Source of the DNA: Bacillota bacterium
Lineage (GTDB): Bacteria; Bacillota; UBA4882; UBA10575
Assembly: GCA_012521315.1 (NCBI GenBank)
Contig: JAAYMP010000033.1
Span: 1-45,448, forward strand
Direction: 5' to 3'
Length of the DNA stretch: 45,448 bases
This document shows, in pieces, positions 44,415 to 45,448 of this stretch. The notes under the pieces were generated by a model. The model was not told the DNA's origin, ran no database searches, and saw only the letters and a program-made list of their open reading frames with translations. How positions within the stretch are numbered: the first letter of the stretch is position 1; each line of letters begins with the position of its first letter. Made by a program: the position numbers and the translations under genes.

Positions 44415-45398
44415 ATGAAAGGCAAAAAACGTTACATCCGTTACGGATCGTTTTTGCTGGCCTTGCTGGTCATGCTTTTACCGGTCCTCGTCAACGCCCA
44501 AACCTACCAAGTCAAACCGGGTGACTCGTTGTATCTTATTTCTCGCCGTTTCAATGTCCCCACCGATACGCTGAAAAATGGCAACAATTTGTCTTCAAAT
44601 ATGATTTATCCCGGGCAAAACCTGATTATCCCCACGGCCTATACCGTGCGCCCCGGTGATTCTCTTTACCTGATCGCCACCCGGAACGGAATTCCCCTCA
44701 CCAGTCTGCGCACTACCAACAATATCTGGCATAACTACTTGGAAGTCGGTCAAGTTCTCTACCTGCCGCTCGGCCAGGGGAGTCCCAACCCAAACCCCGG
44801 AGCGCCTTCCAGCGGCCAACTCTATACGGTCCGGACCAATGACAGCCTTTATCTAATTGCCAAGCGGTTCGGCACCACCATCCAAGCCCTGAAAACGGCC
44901 AATAAACTCTCTTCCGATTTTATTTATCCCGGTCAAGTATTGACGATCCCGACCGGAGCAGCCCCTTCCAACCCCGGCGGAAACAACGGGGGGACCGGTG
45001 GACATTACGGGACTAAATTCAACCTTTCCCAAACGGAGATCGAGCTCCTCGCCCGTTTAGTCCGGGCGGAGGCCGAAGGGGAATCCTACGAGGGACAAGT
45101 CGCCGTCGCCGCTTCCGTCCTCAACCGGCTCAACGACCCCCGTTATCCCAACACGATCAGCCAGATTATCTACCAGGTTGACCAGGGGATTTATTACCAA
45201 TACAGTCCGGTGATGGATGGGCGGATCAACTTGCCCGCCACCGCCACGGCCCTAAAAGCGGTCCAGGACGCTATCAACGGGTGGGATCCTTCCAACGGAG
45301 CCATCGGTTTTTACAACCCGGCTAAAACCACGAACAAATGGGTCCGCTCTCAACCAATAACCGCCCAGATCGGGAACCATGTTTTCTTCCGAAACTGA
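44415..45398 (+). CDS. 3x LysM plus SleB/Hydrolase_2 cell-wall hydrolase
   Basis: Signal peptide; three Y.V..GDSLY.I LysM repeats; ARLVRAEAEGESYEGQVAVA...NR, FYNP, IGNHVF. Confidence 0.93.
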   Translation: MKGKKRYIRYGSFLLALLVMLLPVLVNAQTYQVKPGDSLYLISRRFNVPTDTLKNGNNLSSNMIYPGQNLIIPTAYTVRPGDSLYLIATRNGIPLTSLRTTNNIWHNYLEVGQVLYLPLGQGSPNPNPGAPSSGQLYTVRTNDSLYLIAKRFGTTIQALKTANKLSSDFIYPGQVLTIPTGAAPSNPGGNNGGTGGHYGTKFNLSQTEIELLARLVRAEAEGESYEGQVAVAASVLNRLNDPRYPNTISQIIYQVDQGIYYQYSPVMDGRINLPATATALKAVQDAINGWDPSNGAIGFYNPAKTTNKWVRSQPITAQIGNHVFFRN

Positions 45399-45448
45399 CC
45401 AGGATAAACCCACCCAACCAAACCACGCCACGCCAAAAAAGAAACCGC

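Noticed and set aside
44500-44950. Repeated DNA segments in the last gene
   Set aside because: Explained by the three LysM domains.
1-45448. tRNA, rRNA, CRISPR arrays, IS elements
   Set aside because: None recognised; intergenic regions are short and largely explained by promoters and terminators.

Overview
Core chromosomal segment from a moderately GC-rich, endospore-forming, probably anaerobic Bacillota. About 51 CDS, mostly on the minus strand. I found no tRNA, rRNA, CRISPR array, transposase or integrase. In order, it carries: SAM by-product salvage genes (mtnP-mtnA and a window-truncated ahcY) split by an opposite-strand XRE + ImmA/IrrE module; pgi and degV; a gerKA-KC-KB-type germinant receptor operon; an ECF sigma/anti-sigma/LiaF-like/GreA-like cluster; murJ, gpr and rpsT; a nadK-argR-recN-comEA-comEC-holA run; a SpoVB-like flippase; a polar amino-acid ABC transporter with ARG-box-like sites; the yaaL-bofA-gin-tmk-darA-yaaR-holB-yaaT cluster; dacA; a CsoR-family regulator with trxA; NadE; hemerythrin; ddl; an M23 peptidase; an FMN-binding glutamate-synthase-like protein; and a LysM/SleB-type hydrolase. 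Most notable observations: (1) the orphan XRE/ImmA module is flanked by a 7-bp direct repeat whose removal restores a compact mtnA-ahcY operon; (2) MtnP and AhcY carry inosine-type specificity motifs; (3) the two-domain NadE has Gly in place of the glutaminase catalytic Cys; (4) the CsoR-family repressor lacks the His ligand and has a clear operator upstream of trxA; (5) a small SigE-type gene sits in the usual spoIIP slot; (6) SigH-like promoters recur across the window. All calls come from motif recognition by eye, with no database searches.
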